Part shown: positions 1 to 10,204 of the stretch, one piece after another
Numbering within the stretch: the first letter of the stretch is position 1
Layout: every line of letters starts with the position of its first letter
NCBI GenBank assembly: GCA_044892525.1
Contig: CM097885.1
Location: forward strand, 46,935,727-46,999,726
Direction: 5' to 3'
DNA from: Schmidtea polychroa
Taxonomy: Eukaryota
DNA: 64,000 nucleotides
Translations under genes and position numbers: made by a program
Notes under the pieces: generated by a model
Databases searched by the model: none
Seen by the model: the letters and a program-made list of their open reading frames with translations, nothing else
Told to the model about the DNA's origin: nothing

Positions 1-2814
1 TTAAAACACCCCCATTTAGACATTATACAACGTTCAAAAGTTTTAAATGGAACAGTAATTAATTTACTTTTATTAAATAAAGGGAACAATTTCCATTACA
101 TTGCTATAAGCAATTTAAATAGGTTACTGAATTGCAACATAAACACTAGTTGTCCTACACGCATACGATCAATATGGTGTCATCGTTGTTTGAATGGTTT
201 TAACAATAGAAACGCACTAGAAAAACATGAAATATTATGCAAACGCAATCAATTAGGAACTACTCTTTATACTTTCCCTCAAAATAAATTCTTACAGTTT
301 ACTGACTGGTCGAAAACAGTAACTCCTCCTTTCGTAGTTTATGCCGATTTTGAGGCTATTTTACCTTGTGATAATGATCATTTTCAGCGACACATGCCAA
401 TATCTGCTGGTCTTTTACTAGTAAATAACTTTGACGGATCTAAATCTTATCAGCAGTTCATAGGTTTAGATTGCGTCGAGAGTTTTTTAAGTGCTATAGA
501 GGATATAGCATTAAATAAGGTTCTTCCTTTTTATTATAAAATGGGTAGGAAACCAATGATTAAATTAACGAAAATTGAGCAACAACAATTCATTAATTCA
601 ACGGTTTGTTATCTTTGTTTGAAATCTATCGTGGATCCTGTTAGAGATCACGATCATTTTACGGGCAAATACTTGGGTGCAGCTTGTAGCACATGTAACG
701 TAAATAGAAAAATAAATAAAATTTTGCCTATCGTATTTCACAACTTGAAGGGATACGATATGCATCATATACTTAAATATGGATTAAATAAATTTAAAAA
801 TTGGAATTTAGGGTGCATCCCAATAACTACGGAAAAATTTATATCTTTGATTGCTCATTTAGGCAAAATTAGCCTAAGATTCATTGATTCATATCAATTT
901 GTCAATGATTCTTTGGCTAAAGCAGTCAAAACTTTGAATTCTTTGCCTTTTACTAATTCTGCTTTTTCTGGCACCGTAGTATGTGAAAAAGGAATCTTCC
1001 CTTATAATTTCGCCACTTCTTTAGATGTTCTACAAACTACGTATGAATTACCACCAATCTGGGAGGGTGTCACTGAGCTTGAGTATGAAAAAGCTCAGGA
1101 GATTTGGGTAGAATCTAATTGCAGAACTTTATTAGATTATATGATGATCTACCTAAAACTTGATTGTTTTCTTTTGGCTGATTTCTTTCATCAGTTTAGG
1201 TTGAAATCAATTGCTCACAATAGATTAGAGCCTTTGAATTATTTCGGAATTCCAGGTATGTCTTGGTCTTCTGCATTAATGTCTTTAAATGAACCAATTG
1301 AACTCATAACTGAAAACGAAATGTTTAGCTTTTATGAGGGTGGAATAAGAGGCGGTCTTACTTTTGTGAATAAGCATTACGTAAAAACCGACGAGAACAC
1401 CGAGTTACTTTATATAGATATTAATAATCTTTATGGTTGGGCTTTAAGTCAATCATTACCTTGTGGCGAATTTTGTTGGGTTCTTGATGGATTTGATAAA
1501 ATAATGGATGAATGTAGGAATTTAAATCTTGAATCTTTGTCTTATGGATACACACTTGAAGTTGATCTTGTAATTCCTTCTGAGCTTCATGATAAGTTGG
1601 ATGATTTCCCTGTAGCTGCTGAAAAAATGAAACCTGCTGGGTCTAAGGTTGAAAAATTATTATTAACTCATCTTCCAAAATCTAATTATGTTATTCATTG
1701 GAGATTATTAAAATTATATTTGGAACTTGGTGTTAAAGTAACACGTGTAAATAGGGGTGTAAGATTTAAGCAATCTCCAATTTTTAAAAAATATATAGAT
1801 ACAAATACTGAATTACGGTCAAAAAGCATAAATAACTTAGATAAAAATTATTATAAATTACTAAATAACAGTTTATACGGCAAAACAGTTGAAAATTTAA
1901 AGAGAAGAATGAATCTTCGTCTTTGTACAACTGCCGGTAAACTTGTTAAATATTCGTCAAAGCCTACTTTTAAAAAATCAATTAAAATAGATGATAATTT
2001 AATCGCAGCATTATTGAATTCAGATTCTATATGTTTAGATAGACCAAGTTACATTGGTCAATCTGTACTTGATCTATCTAAACTTAGAATGTATGAATTG
2101 CAATATAAGGATCTGGAATCATTTCGCAATGAGTTTAATTGTAAAATTAATATCGTTGCAGGTGATACAGATTCTTTTTTCCTCGAAGTCATTAACTGTA
2201 AACTTGAGGTTCTTTTACCTGCAATGATTCGAGATAATTTATTAGATACATCCAATTACAATAGTTGTCATTCCTTATATAGTAAGAACCTTGATTCTGT
2301 CATTGGAAAGTTCAAAGACGAGAATAAAGGTCTTAAATATAAGGAATGGGTTTTTCTTAGACCAAAATGTTATAGCTTGTTGGGTGATGAGGAAACAAAA
2401 AAGGCTAAAGGTGTAACATTGAAAGGTAGTGACATAAAACATCAGTCATACCTGGATTGTTATAACACTAACCAGATTTTTTCGGTTCCTCAGACTAAAA
2501 TAACAAGCAAAAATCATCAAATTTTTACAATTAAAAACACAAAAATAGCACTAACAAACAAAGACGACAAAAGGGTTTGGGTGGGGAAAAATACTAGTCT
2601 TGCATATGGGCATGTAAGATTAAGTGAATTAAATATTGGAGAAAATGTTGGAGGAATTGTTGCAGAAAATGTTTCAGAAAATGTTGGAGAAAATGATGGA
2701 GAAGATGAGGAAGAATTAAATGAAGATTTTGGAGAAGATGAGGAAGAATTAAATGAAGATTTTGGAGAAGATGACATCGATATCGATGACGTTATTTTGT
2801 CTGATGAGGACTAA
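1..2814 (+). CDS. Protein-primed family B DNA polymerase (pPolB) of a Polinton/Maverick/adintovirus-like element, with EndoVII/HNH insertion; 5'-partial
   Basis: Frame 1 is open from base 1 (LKHPHLDII...INLLLLNKGNNFHYIAISNLNRLL...CHRCLNGF...LEKHEILC), so the start at 190 is not the true start. Motifs: ExoI VVYADFEA, ExoII VFHNLKGYD, ExoIII YLKLDCFLLAD, Pol A YIDINNLYGWAL, Pol B YKLLNNSLYGKT, Pol C GDTDSFF. An inserted CYLC...VRDHDHFTGKYLGAACSTCN (endonuclease VII-like) module. No introns or stops; AATAAA lies just after the stop (~2823). Confidence 0.93.
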   Translation, partial: LKHPHLDIIQRSKVLNGTVINLLLLNKGNNFHYIAISNLNRLLNCNINTSCPTRIRSIWCHRCLNGFNNRNALEKHEILCKRNQLGTTLYTFPQNKFLQFTDWSKTVTPPFVVYADFEAILPCDNDHFQRHMPISAGLLLVNNFDGSKSYQQFIGLDCVESFLSAIEDIALNKVLPFYYKMGRKPMIKLTKIEQQQFINSTVCYLCLKSIVDPVRDHDHFTGKYLGAACSTCNVNRKINKILPIVFHNLKGYDMHHILKYGLNKFKNWNLGCIPITTEKFISLIAHLGKISLRFIDSYQFVNDSLAKAVKTLNSLPFTNSAFSGTVVCEKGIFPYNFATSLDVLQTTYELPPIWEGVTELEYEKAQEIWVESNCRTLLDYMMIYLKLDCFLLADFFHQFRLKSIAHNRLEPLNYFGIPGMSWSSALMSLNEPIELITENEMFSFYEGGIRGGLTFVNKHYVKTDENTELLYIDINNLYGWALSQSLPCGEFCWVLDGFDKIMDECRNLNLESLSYGYTLEVDLVIPSELHDKLDDFPVAAEKMKPAGSKVEKLLLTHLPKSNYVIHWRLLKLYLELGVKVTRVNRGVRFKQSPIFKKYIDTNTELRSKSINNLDKNYYKLLNNSLYGKTVENLKRRMNLRLCTTAGKLVKYSSKPTFKKSIKIDDNLIAALLNSDSICLDRPSYIGQSVLDLSKLRMYELQYKDLESFRNEFNCKINIVAGDTDSFFLEVINCKLEVLLPAMIRDNLLDTSNYNSCHSLYSKNLDSVIGKFKDENKGLKYKEWVFLRPKCYSLLGDEETKKAKGVTLKGSDIKHQSYLDCYNTNQIFSVPQTKITSKNHQIFTIKNTKIALTNKDDKRVWVGKNTSLAYGHVRLSELNIGENVGGIVAENVSENVGENDGEDEEELNEDFGEDEEELNEDFGEDDIDIDDVILSDED

Positions 2815-2920
2815 TTTTATTGAATAAATTTTATATCTTTACATTTGTTATTTGTTTGTGTTTTATGTGTATAGTTCATTTTTATGTATTTGGTTGATAT
2901 ATTATTACTAATATTATTAC

Positions 2921-2990
<70 letters not shown>
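2921..2990. repeat. (ATT)n microsatellite inside the Polinton end
   Basis: Perfect ATT run. Confidence 0.95.
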
Positions 2991-3129
2991 TCATAAAAAT
3001 TTCCATTAAAAATTACTTAAAAAAAAATATTTCATAAAAATTTCCATTAAAAATTATTCATAAAAAATTTTCATTAAAAAATTTCAATTCTCAAACACCT
3101 TCTATTATTTCAACTTTTTTGATAATAAA

Positions 3130-3590
3130 TTTAAAAATCTTACTTTAATTTACTTATTTAACTTTAATTTAAAATTTTTACCATTGATTACTTAATTTAA
3201 AAATTATTACTTTAATTTAATTTTTTACCATTGATTACTTAATTTTAAAATTTGGACCATTATTTACTGTAATTTAAAATTTTTGACCTTAATTTACTTT
3301 AATTTAATTTTTAGAACCATAATTTACTTTAATTTAATTTTTAGAACCTTAATTTACTTTAATTTAATTTTTTAGAACCTTAATTTACTTTAATTTAAAA
3401 TTTTGAACCATAATTTACTTTAATTGAAAAATCTTGACCATAATTTACTGTAATTTAATATTTTAGAACCATTATTTACTGTAATTTAATTTTTAAGAAC
3501 CATTATTTACTGTAATTCAAAAATTTGAGCCATAATTTACTGTAATTTAATTTTTTAGGACCATTATTTACTTTAATTGAAAAATTTACC
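3130..3590. repeat. ~30-bp AT-rich tandem array (TAATTTACTTTAATTTAATTTTTAGAACC-like)
   Basis: The unit recurs about twice per 60-nt line from ~3250 to ~3580 and is more degenerate leftwards. Confidence 0.9.
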
Positions 3591-3599
3591 ACGTTTTTT

Positions 3600-4515
3600 A
3601 GTGTAGACCACCTTTTTCTCAGGACCAAGGAGACCCACCTGAATTGAACTAGAAAAAATCCATGCTTTTTTATTGAAGACCGCCTTTTTCTATTGAAAAA
3701 ATTTTGTATTGAAAATCCCAGGACCATCGAGACCCCCTCACTATAGTGTGAAAAATCCTTGGCTTTTTTAGTGGTAGTCGGATTTTTGTATTGAAAATAT
3801 CCTGAGACCTTAAATTACCATGCTTTTTTAGTGGTAGTCGGATTTTTGTATAGAAATAAATTTTTTGTATTGAAAATCCCAGGACCAAGAAGACCCCCCT
3901 CACTATAGTCTGAAAATTCCATGCTTTTTTAGTGGTAGTCGGATTTTGTATTGAAAAAATTTTATTTGTATTGAAAATCCCAGGACCATCGAGACTCCTT
4001 CGCTATAGTGTGATAAATCCTTGACTTTTTTATTGAAGACCAGCTTTTTGTATTGAAAAAATTTTTTTGTATTGAAAATCCCAGGACCATCGAGACCCCC
4101 TCACTATAGTATGAAAATTCCATGGTTTTTTATTGAAGACCGCCTTTTTGTATTGAAAAATTTTTTTTGTATTGAAAATCCCCGGACCATCGAGACCCCC
4201 TCACTATAGTGTGAAAATTCCATGCTTTTTTAGTGGTAGTCGGATTTTGTATTGAAAAAATTTTATTTGTATTGAAAATCCCAGGACCATCGAGACTCCT
4301 TCGCTATAGTGTGATAAATCCTTGACTTTTTTATTGAAGACCAGCTTTTTGTATTGAAAAAATTTTTTTGTATTGAAAATCCCAGGACCATCGAGACCCC
4401 CTCACTATAGTATGAAAATTCCATGCTTTTTTATTGAAGACCGCCTTTTTGTATTGAAAAAATTTTTTTGTATTGAAAATCCCAGGACCATCGAGACCCC
4501 CTCACTATAGTCTGA
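3600..4515. repeat. ~100-bp tandem array with ~301-bp higher-order repeat
   Basis: Core GTATTGAAAATCCCAGGACCATCGAGACCCCCTCACTATAGT at ~3707, 3868, 3969, 4069, 4169, 4269, 4370 and 4470. The variant GAGACTCCTTCGCTATAG recurs at ~3991 and ~4292. Confidence 0.92.
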
Positions 4516-5499
4516 TAAAAAAAAAATTTGGACCAAAAATCCCTGAAAGCAAAAAATGTGAGTTGCAACAATTGCGTAATAAAAAGTTGCAACAAAAAAA
4601 AAGTTGCAACAAAAAAAAGTTGCAACACCCCCCCCCCCCCGGGGGGGGGGGTAATTGTTGCGGTAAGCTACTATCTACCTACTTTGGTTGGTATGTAACT
4701 TTTATATTGAAATTGAGAAAGTGGTAGCAAAAATAAATTATACACACAGACACAACAAATAGTAAAAAATACATGTAAATTTTCGATATGTAGAAATGTT
4801 TCATTGAATAAAAGCTTTTTTATTTTATTATGTAAATTTAATGCCAAACACTGCTGAATTCAATTTGCAAAAAAATTAGTCGTCGAGAAAATAAAAGGAA
4901 AATAGTAAATGATATGGACGAATTTCATTTTAAACAGTTGTTATGAATACCAAAAGTTCATTTAGCTCTATAATTTACAAATTTAGAGATAAACTTTAAA
5001 AAAGTTAACCTAAAAACATCATTTTTAGACTATCGATATTTGTGCTGAAAATTCATGTCAAATAAAAAGAACAATGAAAACAGTATAATAGTTGGGGAAA
5101 AAAGATTTTAATAACTATCAAATTAATAAATATCAAAATTTTAAATAATCAAATCTAAGATAACAAATTTTTGCAAGCTTAATATACTTTGAACAGTTTA
5201 AATCAATTTTTTCAAGGTATAAAGTCACTAGATAATGTTTTCATTAGTATTTCTATTGTTAGTTGAGCGAGATCAATTTTTTGTTGTATTCATAATTGAA
5301 AGGTTAATGTACAAAAATAGAAATCTATAATTTATAAGCATATACATGTATATATATGTCAATTCAAAATGAAAAGAAATCAGAGATGAAAATCAAAAGA
5401 AGTTCTTTCACACCGCTCGAACTGAGGATAGTCAATTTTATTGCAATACCTTCTCTATTACAGCTTATATAAATAATATAAACTTCAAAAGTATCTCAT

Positions 5500-6100
5500 T
5501 TTTAATTAATACCGGTTCCGTCTTATCAATTCTGCCACGTACTCTTATCAAGAACGCCTTGTTCGGAATTAAAACTGTTCGCCCCAAATGGATCTTTTGT
5601 CAGGACATATTTTCAAATCACACTCCATTTTACACTTCGGTTTCTAAACACACAGACCATTTTTGGGAGCTGATTTTATGAGCCACTTTCAGTTATTTGT
5701 GGATTGTACAAATCAAAAACTACTCTTATCACCTTTCAACCATCCATATTTCATCATTACCCTATGTAAATATACAAATAGAAATTACTTCATCCTTCTT
5801 AAGAAATAACTTTTCACTTCTTCTATGTTGGTATGTTATGATGTGAACAGTTTGGATGGTCATTTATCTCTTGGACTGACACATTATTTCTTGTTTACAT
5901 ACGTAATAAGATATTCTATTTCCTATTAACATATTGATGACGGTATGCAGTGAAAAATATATGGCCTGAATTCCCGTATATTATATATGTACACTTGTTA
6001 AAGGCGTGATTTCATGTTTTTCTATAATGATTATCCTGGAAGTAGTGACCCTTTTCAAAAATAGATGGCACCATTAATCTACGAAAATATTCTCCATATT
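5500..6100 (-). mobile_element. Highly degenerate Gypsy-like integrase remnant
   Basis: Minus-strand fragments ITPLTSVHI*YTG (cf. VHIDYAGP) and NGLC..RNRSVK (cf. NGxxERxNRTxK); many stops and frameshifts. Confidence 0.35.
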
Positions 6101-6424
6101 TTTTGTTAAATGTTCTAATTTACCCAATATCACATAATAAATAACGATTTAAAGTAATTTTTACGCGTAGTTTTCTTTTGGGTGTTAATTGATTAAATAT
6201 AATGTTTTAATAAAAATTTCTGATCATATTTAATGCTGATTTCAGCATTGTTGTTTGGTATGACATTTTTGAAGAGGTAATAGACAAACTTTATAAATAT
6301 ATCGAATTGGATCCGGACAAAAGGCCGACATGAACAAAAGCAAGCAAAAAGAACTTATTTCATTTTAATAACAACTAAATAAATTGTTATACGGATTAAA
6401 TTAATATTTAACTCATATATTATA

Positions 6425-6920
6425 CAGTGAAACCTCTCTAATAGGACCACCCTTGGTTCCGGACCAAAAGTGGTCTTTACTAGAGGTGGTCCTATTAGAG
6501 AGGATTTTATTTTTATAAAGAAAACTAGACTTAAATTGAAGATTTTATTATAAAAACTCATCTAATGTTGTTTGTCTCTTCGATTTGGCTTCACTGTTAT
6601 CAAAAACTATCATATTCGTCAACTTTTGTTCAGCTTGAAACATTATGTCAACTAATTTATTGTCATCCAGTTCCATTCCAAGATTCTTAATCTGCTGAAT
6701 ATAAGATAAAGATGTTTTTAAATCAATTTTTGGTAAATCAGATTCTTCTTCGTTTGGTTCAGAAACCTCACTTGATGCATCATCCAAACTAGTGTAAGAA
6801 GAAATCAGTTTTTCTTCCCAGTCACTCTCAAAACAGTTTTGTTCAAGAGAAATGTCAAGCTCACTAAGGTCAAAGTCGAAATCAAGCTTCTTAGCTAAAT
6901 CTGTTACGTCTTGTTCGATC
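6425..6920 (-). mobile_element. Tigger/pogo-like element end nested in the MULE
   Basis: TA|CAGTGAAACCTCTCTAATAGGACC terminus. Minus ORF 6548-6787 ends ...KRQTTLDEFL, as in Tigger-type transposase C-termini. The other end was not found. Confidence 0.6.
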
Positions 6921-6953
6921 TAATTTAAAAGTTTTTATTGTAACGAATTAGAC

Positions 6954-7231
6954 CAGGGCTTTTCAAACTTTTTAAACAAGGGACCCCTAATTTTTATTAC
7001 GCTTAGTTTACGGACCATTTTACAAAAAAATTACTATTTTGTTTGTAAAACCTGATATTAAATGCAATATTAAATGCAATAAAAATCATTAAATAACACA
7101 GACATACACAAAAATTGAATCAATAGTGTGCATCTTATTATTTGTTTAAGAATATTTAAAATCGATACGGACCCTCATAAAATCGCTCACGGACCCCTTG
7201 GGGTCAGCGGACTCCAGTTTGAAAAGCCCTG
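6954..7231. mobile_element. hAT-type MITE nested in the MULE
   Basis: TIR CAGGGCTTTTCAAACT / AGTTTGAAAAGCCCTG; 8-bp TSD AATTAGAC / AATTAGAA. Confidence 0.85.
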
Positions 7232-9039
7232 AATTAGAAGATTGTAAACATTAGACGATTTACACATTCCAGATGATTATGTGAATGGCCGATTAAGGAA
7301 CATAAATTAAAGAGAAGTGAGAGTTCCACCACTTTTTCAGCCTCAGGTTTTGTCTGTATATTACAACGAAATAAACGGCATACCAAGAGCTGAAAACAAA
7401 GTAGATGGCTGACACAGAGGATGGCAAATATTGGTTGGAAAAAAATCATCCTGGAATATTCTACATAATTAAGCAGGTAAGATAAGAACAAGCTGAAATG
7501 GAATCCATAATTCTGAGGCAACCATGCCTTAAACGCATAAAACAATATGTAGAGAAAGACCAAAGATTGGTAACGATTGAAAATGACCGAATTAATAACA
7601 ACGTTAGAATTTATACGGAGAATAGCGTATAATTTAAGTTTTTAGATTTTTATTGTAGAAATATTTTTCTGCATCATTTTCTTTAAATAAATGATGTTAT
7701 TTTATTTGTTTATATATCCTATCTACCTATACTATGATATATCTATCCAATAAATAACGAAATCAAACATCAACTTTTATAAGTAATTCAAAGTATACAT
7801 GAGTATAAAAAATAATTGTTCAAAGTTCATTGTTAAGTATTAGGTGACAGAAATCAACATGGAAGAGATATAAAATTACTTTGTCAGCCTTTTGTCCATG
7901 TCGGGCTTTTGGTTTTCGGCCTTTTGTCGTAGACCGATATCGAGTATCGCTTTCTCTTATTGTTTGTAGTACTTACTCAACACATTTTGCATGGGAATTG
8001 ATGTTTCCCTTTACTGAACAAGCAGTCACCTATCACCAAACTATCGTTAACAAGCACATCTAGTAGCGGTAGAAGACTCAGGCTGTGCACTCTCCGCTAC
8101 ATTTTCTTCTGCTTCAGAATCATCACTAGTTCATATTTTTTCAACTTGCAGTTAAAATCTTTATATTTTGTTTTGACTGTAGTGTTTAACTTTCTTTATA
8201 CCGTGAATGAATTGAACCAGTCCACAATTTATCATCCAAAACACCACAATGAATAATTAGACAAATATTGATCCTGTCCTATCCCAACCAATGAAAAAAG
8301 CATTATATTTGTTAATTTATTATGCGATATTGAATGTAATTCCAAATTATGACAATTCACGCCTCCCTGCTTCAAAGTATTAATATAATTAAATTCAGGA
8401 TGACTCGAGGAATGAAAATCTCCTAAATGAGATGTGACATTTTGCCTTACCTATATTAACTCTACTTAATCTTCCTGGAGGTTTTATTGGATGCTTTAAA
8501 ACTTGCAAACTAATTGATTGATTACATTCTAAACTGCTTTCAACATCTTCATCGATCGATGAGTTGAGAACAAATTAATCTCTCCGGCTTACTTTTGACA
8601 TTATTGAACTTTTTAAAACAAATTCTCCAACTTTTCCTTGGGAATACTCTTTCAATTGAGTTCGATACAAAGGCGATGTTAAATATTTGTTTTAAGGTGA
8701 TCAAAAATGTTGTGGACAGCGCAATTTCTAGATATATTTCAGCGTTTCCTGTGAAACAAAGGATATACAAATTTATCATATGAACTTAACATAGACGGGA
8801 AACGAAACATTTGTCAAGGTCGGGTAGTAAAGCCAATCAAAATATAAAATATAAACAAACCGATCGTTATTTTTATTAAAAACTGATTAATTTAATTTAA
8901 TTTAAAATATATATTTCACTTAAAGATTTAAAGCATTTCACTTATTATCCATGTAATTATAATAAATATTATTATGGTAAAATAACAAACTGGAAATTTA
9001 AATTTAATATAACTTATAAATTTCAAAGCACAAAATTAC

Positions 9040-9595
9040 CTGTTTCCTTTCACGTCTTGTTAGAGTGTGTCCTTTAGTAAGTCTAAATATAATTCCACTA
9101 GCCACTCCAAGCTCAAAGAAAAATAATTTAAAACCATGATAATAATGCACTAATTCATCTTTAATTCTAATCCATATGGGTTTCTTAACCTTTGTTATTT
9201 AACTTTTAAATTTATAACAATCAACAGTTATTGAAATGAACCTTTTCTTTTGCAATACTGGTCGTAGAAGACGCTGGTTTTAATTCAACACCTTTGTCGT
9301 CTTCATTTGTTGTCAAAGCTTTTTCATTAATAGGTTTCTCAATACCTTCCTTTTTATCATTTAAACATCTAATAAACACGGACGTGTGTAAATATCGATT
9401 ATTTCCAAAAAATCCGAAATGGATATGTCCAATTAAAAATTTCTTTCTGAATAAATGATTTTTTAAAATGTTATTATTTACAATTTTTCGAGATGATGGA
9501 ACTAATATAGCCGATAATCTATCAAAACCAAAATGTCGTTTATTATAGAATTTTAAAAATTACCCAGCATTTCTGAATATGTATTTAAAATTCAT
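9040..9595 (-). CDS. LETM1: LETM1 mitochondrial inner-membrane cation/H+ exchanger, exons 1-3 (3'-partial)
   Basis: Exons 9595-9564, 9518-9242 and 9189-9040 splice in frame across GT-AG introns of 45 and 52 nt. A basic presequence-like N-terminus is followed by VKKPIWIRIKDELVHYYHGFKLFFFELGVASGIIFRLTKGHTLTRRERKQ|GT, matching the LETM1 signature DELKHYYHGFRLL...GHSLTRRERRQ. Confidence 0.9.
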
Positions 9596-10204
9596 TTTAG
9601 AAACTCTTAAAAATAAATAAGCAATCTGAAAAATAATGTTTATTTTTTTGAAAAACTTATAGAACCACAAAATTTCTATGTGATATAAAAAATGAAATTA
9701 CTAATAAATATGCATTTACGAAACTTTATATTAAGCAACTCTAAATTGTTATGAGCTACTTAAATTCGAACAAATTTAACAAAAATTTAACTATCTGCAT
9801 TATTTATACAAACATTGATAAATTTAAACAAACTAGTAACGATTGTAAAAGTTATTTAAAATAAATGCAAATAAATATTTTCTATAATTCATTTAACTTA
9901 AAATGAGTTTCTACAAAACTTTTTTTATATTTCTAATGACTCGGATGTGCAAATATTTAAAATAGAAAATTTTTTGTTTTTATTGTAATTCTTTAGATCC
10001 GTGTTTCTCAAATTTTCTGGTATTTCGGAACCCTAGCATTTTTTTTCATTTTCGCGGAACCCTTCGGAAATTTTTATTGTCAGATGAATATTATCCACTT
10101 ATACTATAATCCTCTTTTTTGACCAATTTGCTATTCAAAAGGGGTGAATTTATTTTAAGCAATTGTTGGACTAGAGCTGAAAATTGAGAGTTTGTTTTAA
10201 TGAA

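Larger units (their letters stand above)
1..4672 (+). mobile_element. Polinton/Maverick (adintovirus-like) element, right-hand end
   Basis: pPolB is followed by subterminal tandem arrays and a terminus ...GCGGTAAGCTACT (reverse complement AGTAGCTTACCGC). This fits the AG...CT / AGTAG-type ends known for Polintons. Ordinary host-like DNA resumes after 4672. The left end is outside the window, so TIR and TSD cannot be verified. Confidence 0.8.
6308..7936 (+). mobile_element. Mutator-like (MULE) element, deleted, with nested insertions
   Basis: Imperfect TIRs (TGGATCCGGACAAAAGGCCGA... / ...TCGGCCTTTTGTCGTAGACCG). 9-bp TSD ATATCGAAT (6299-6307) / ATATCGAGT (7937-7945). Transposase C-terminal remnant at ~7320-7500: PPLFQPQV...IPRAENKVDG*HRGWQILVG..HPGIFYIIKQVR*EQ. 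Confidence 0.8.

Noticed and set aside
190..192. ORF-track start of pPolB at 190
   Set aside because: It is a TTG inside a zinc-finger motif; the frame is open to base 1
3730..4515. CTCACTATAG repeats resembling the T7 promoter core, with GAGACC (BsaI) sites, suggesting vector contamination
   Set aside because: The upstream TAATACGA is absent, there is no vector backbone, and the motif is part of a naturally diverged tandem array
3600..4515. Regularly spaced repeats as a CRISPR array
   Set aside because: The intervening sequences are themselves repeated rather than unique spacers, there are no cas genes, and the context is eukaryotic
8200..8830. ORFs 8549-8779 and 8595-8783 as LETM1 exon 4 or an independent gene
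   Set aside because: No LETM1 similarity; at best a decayed gag-like relic
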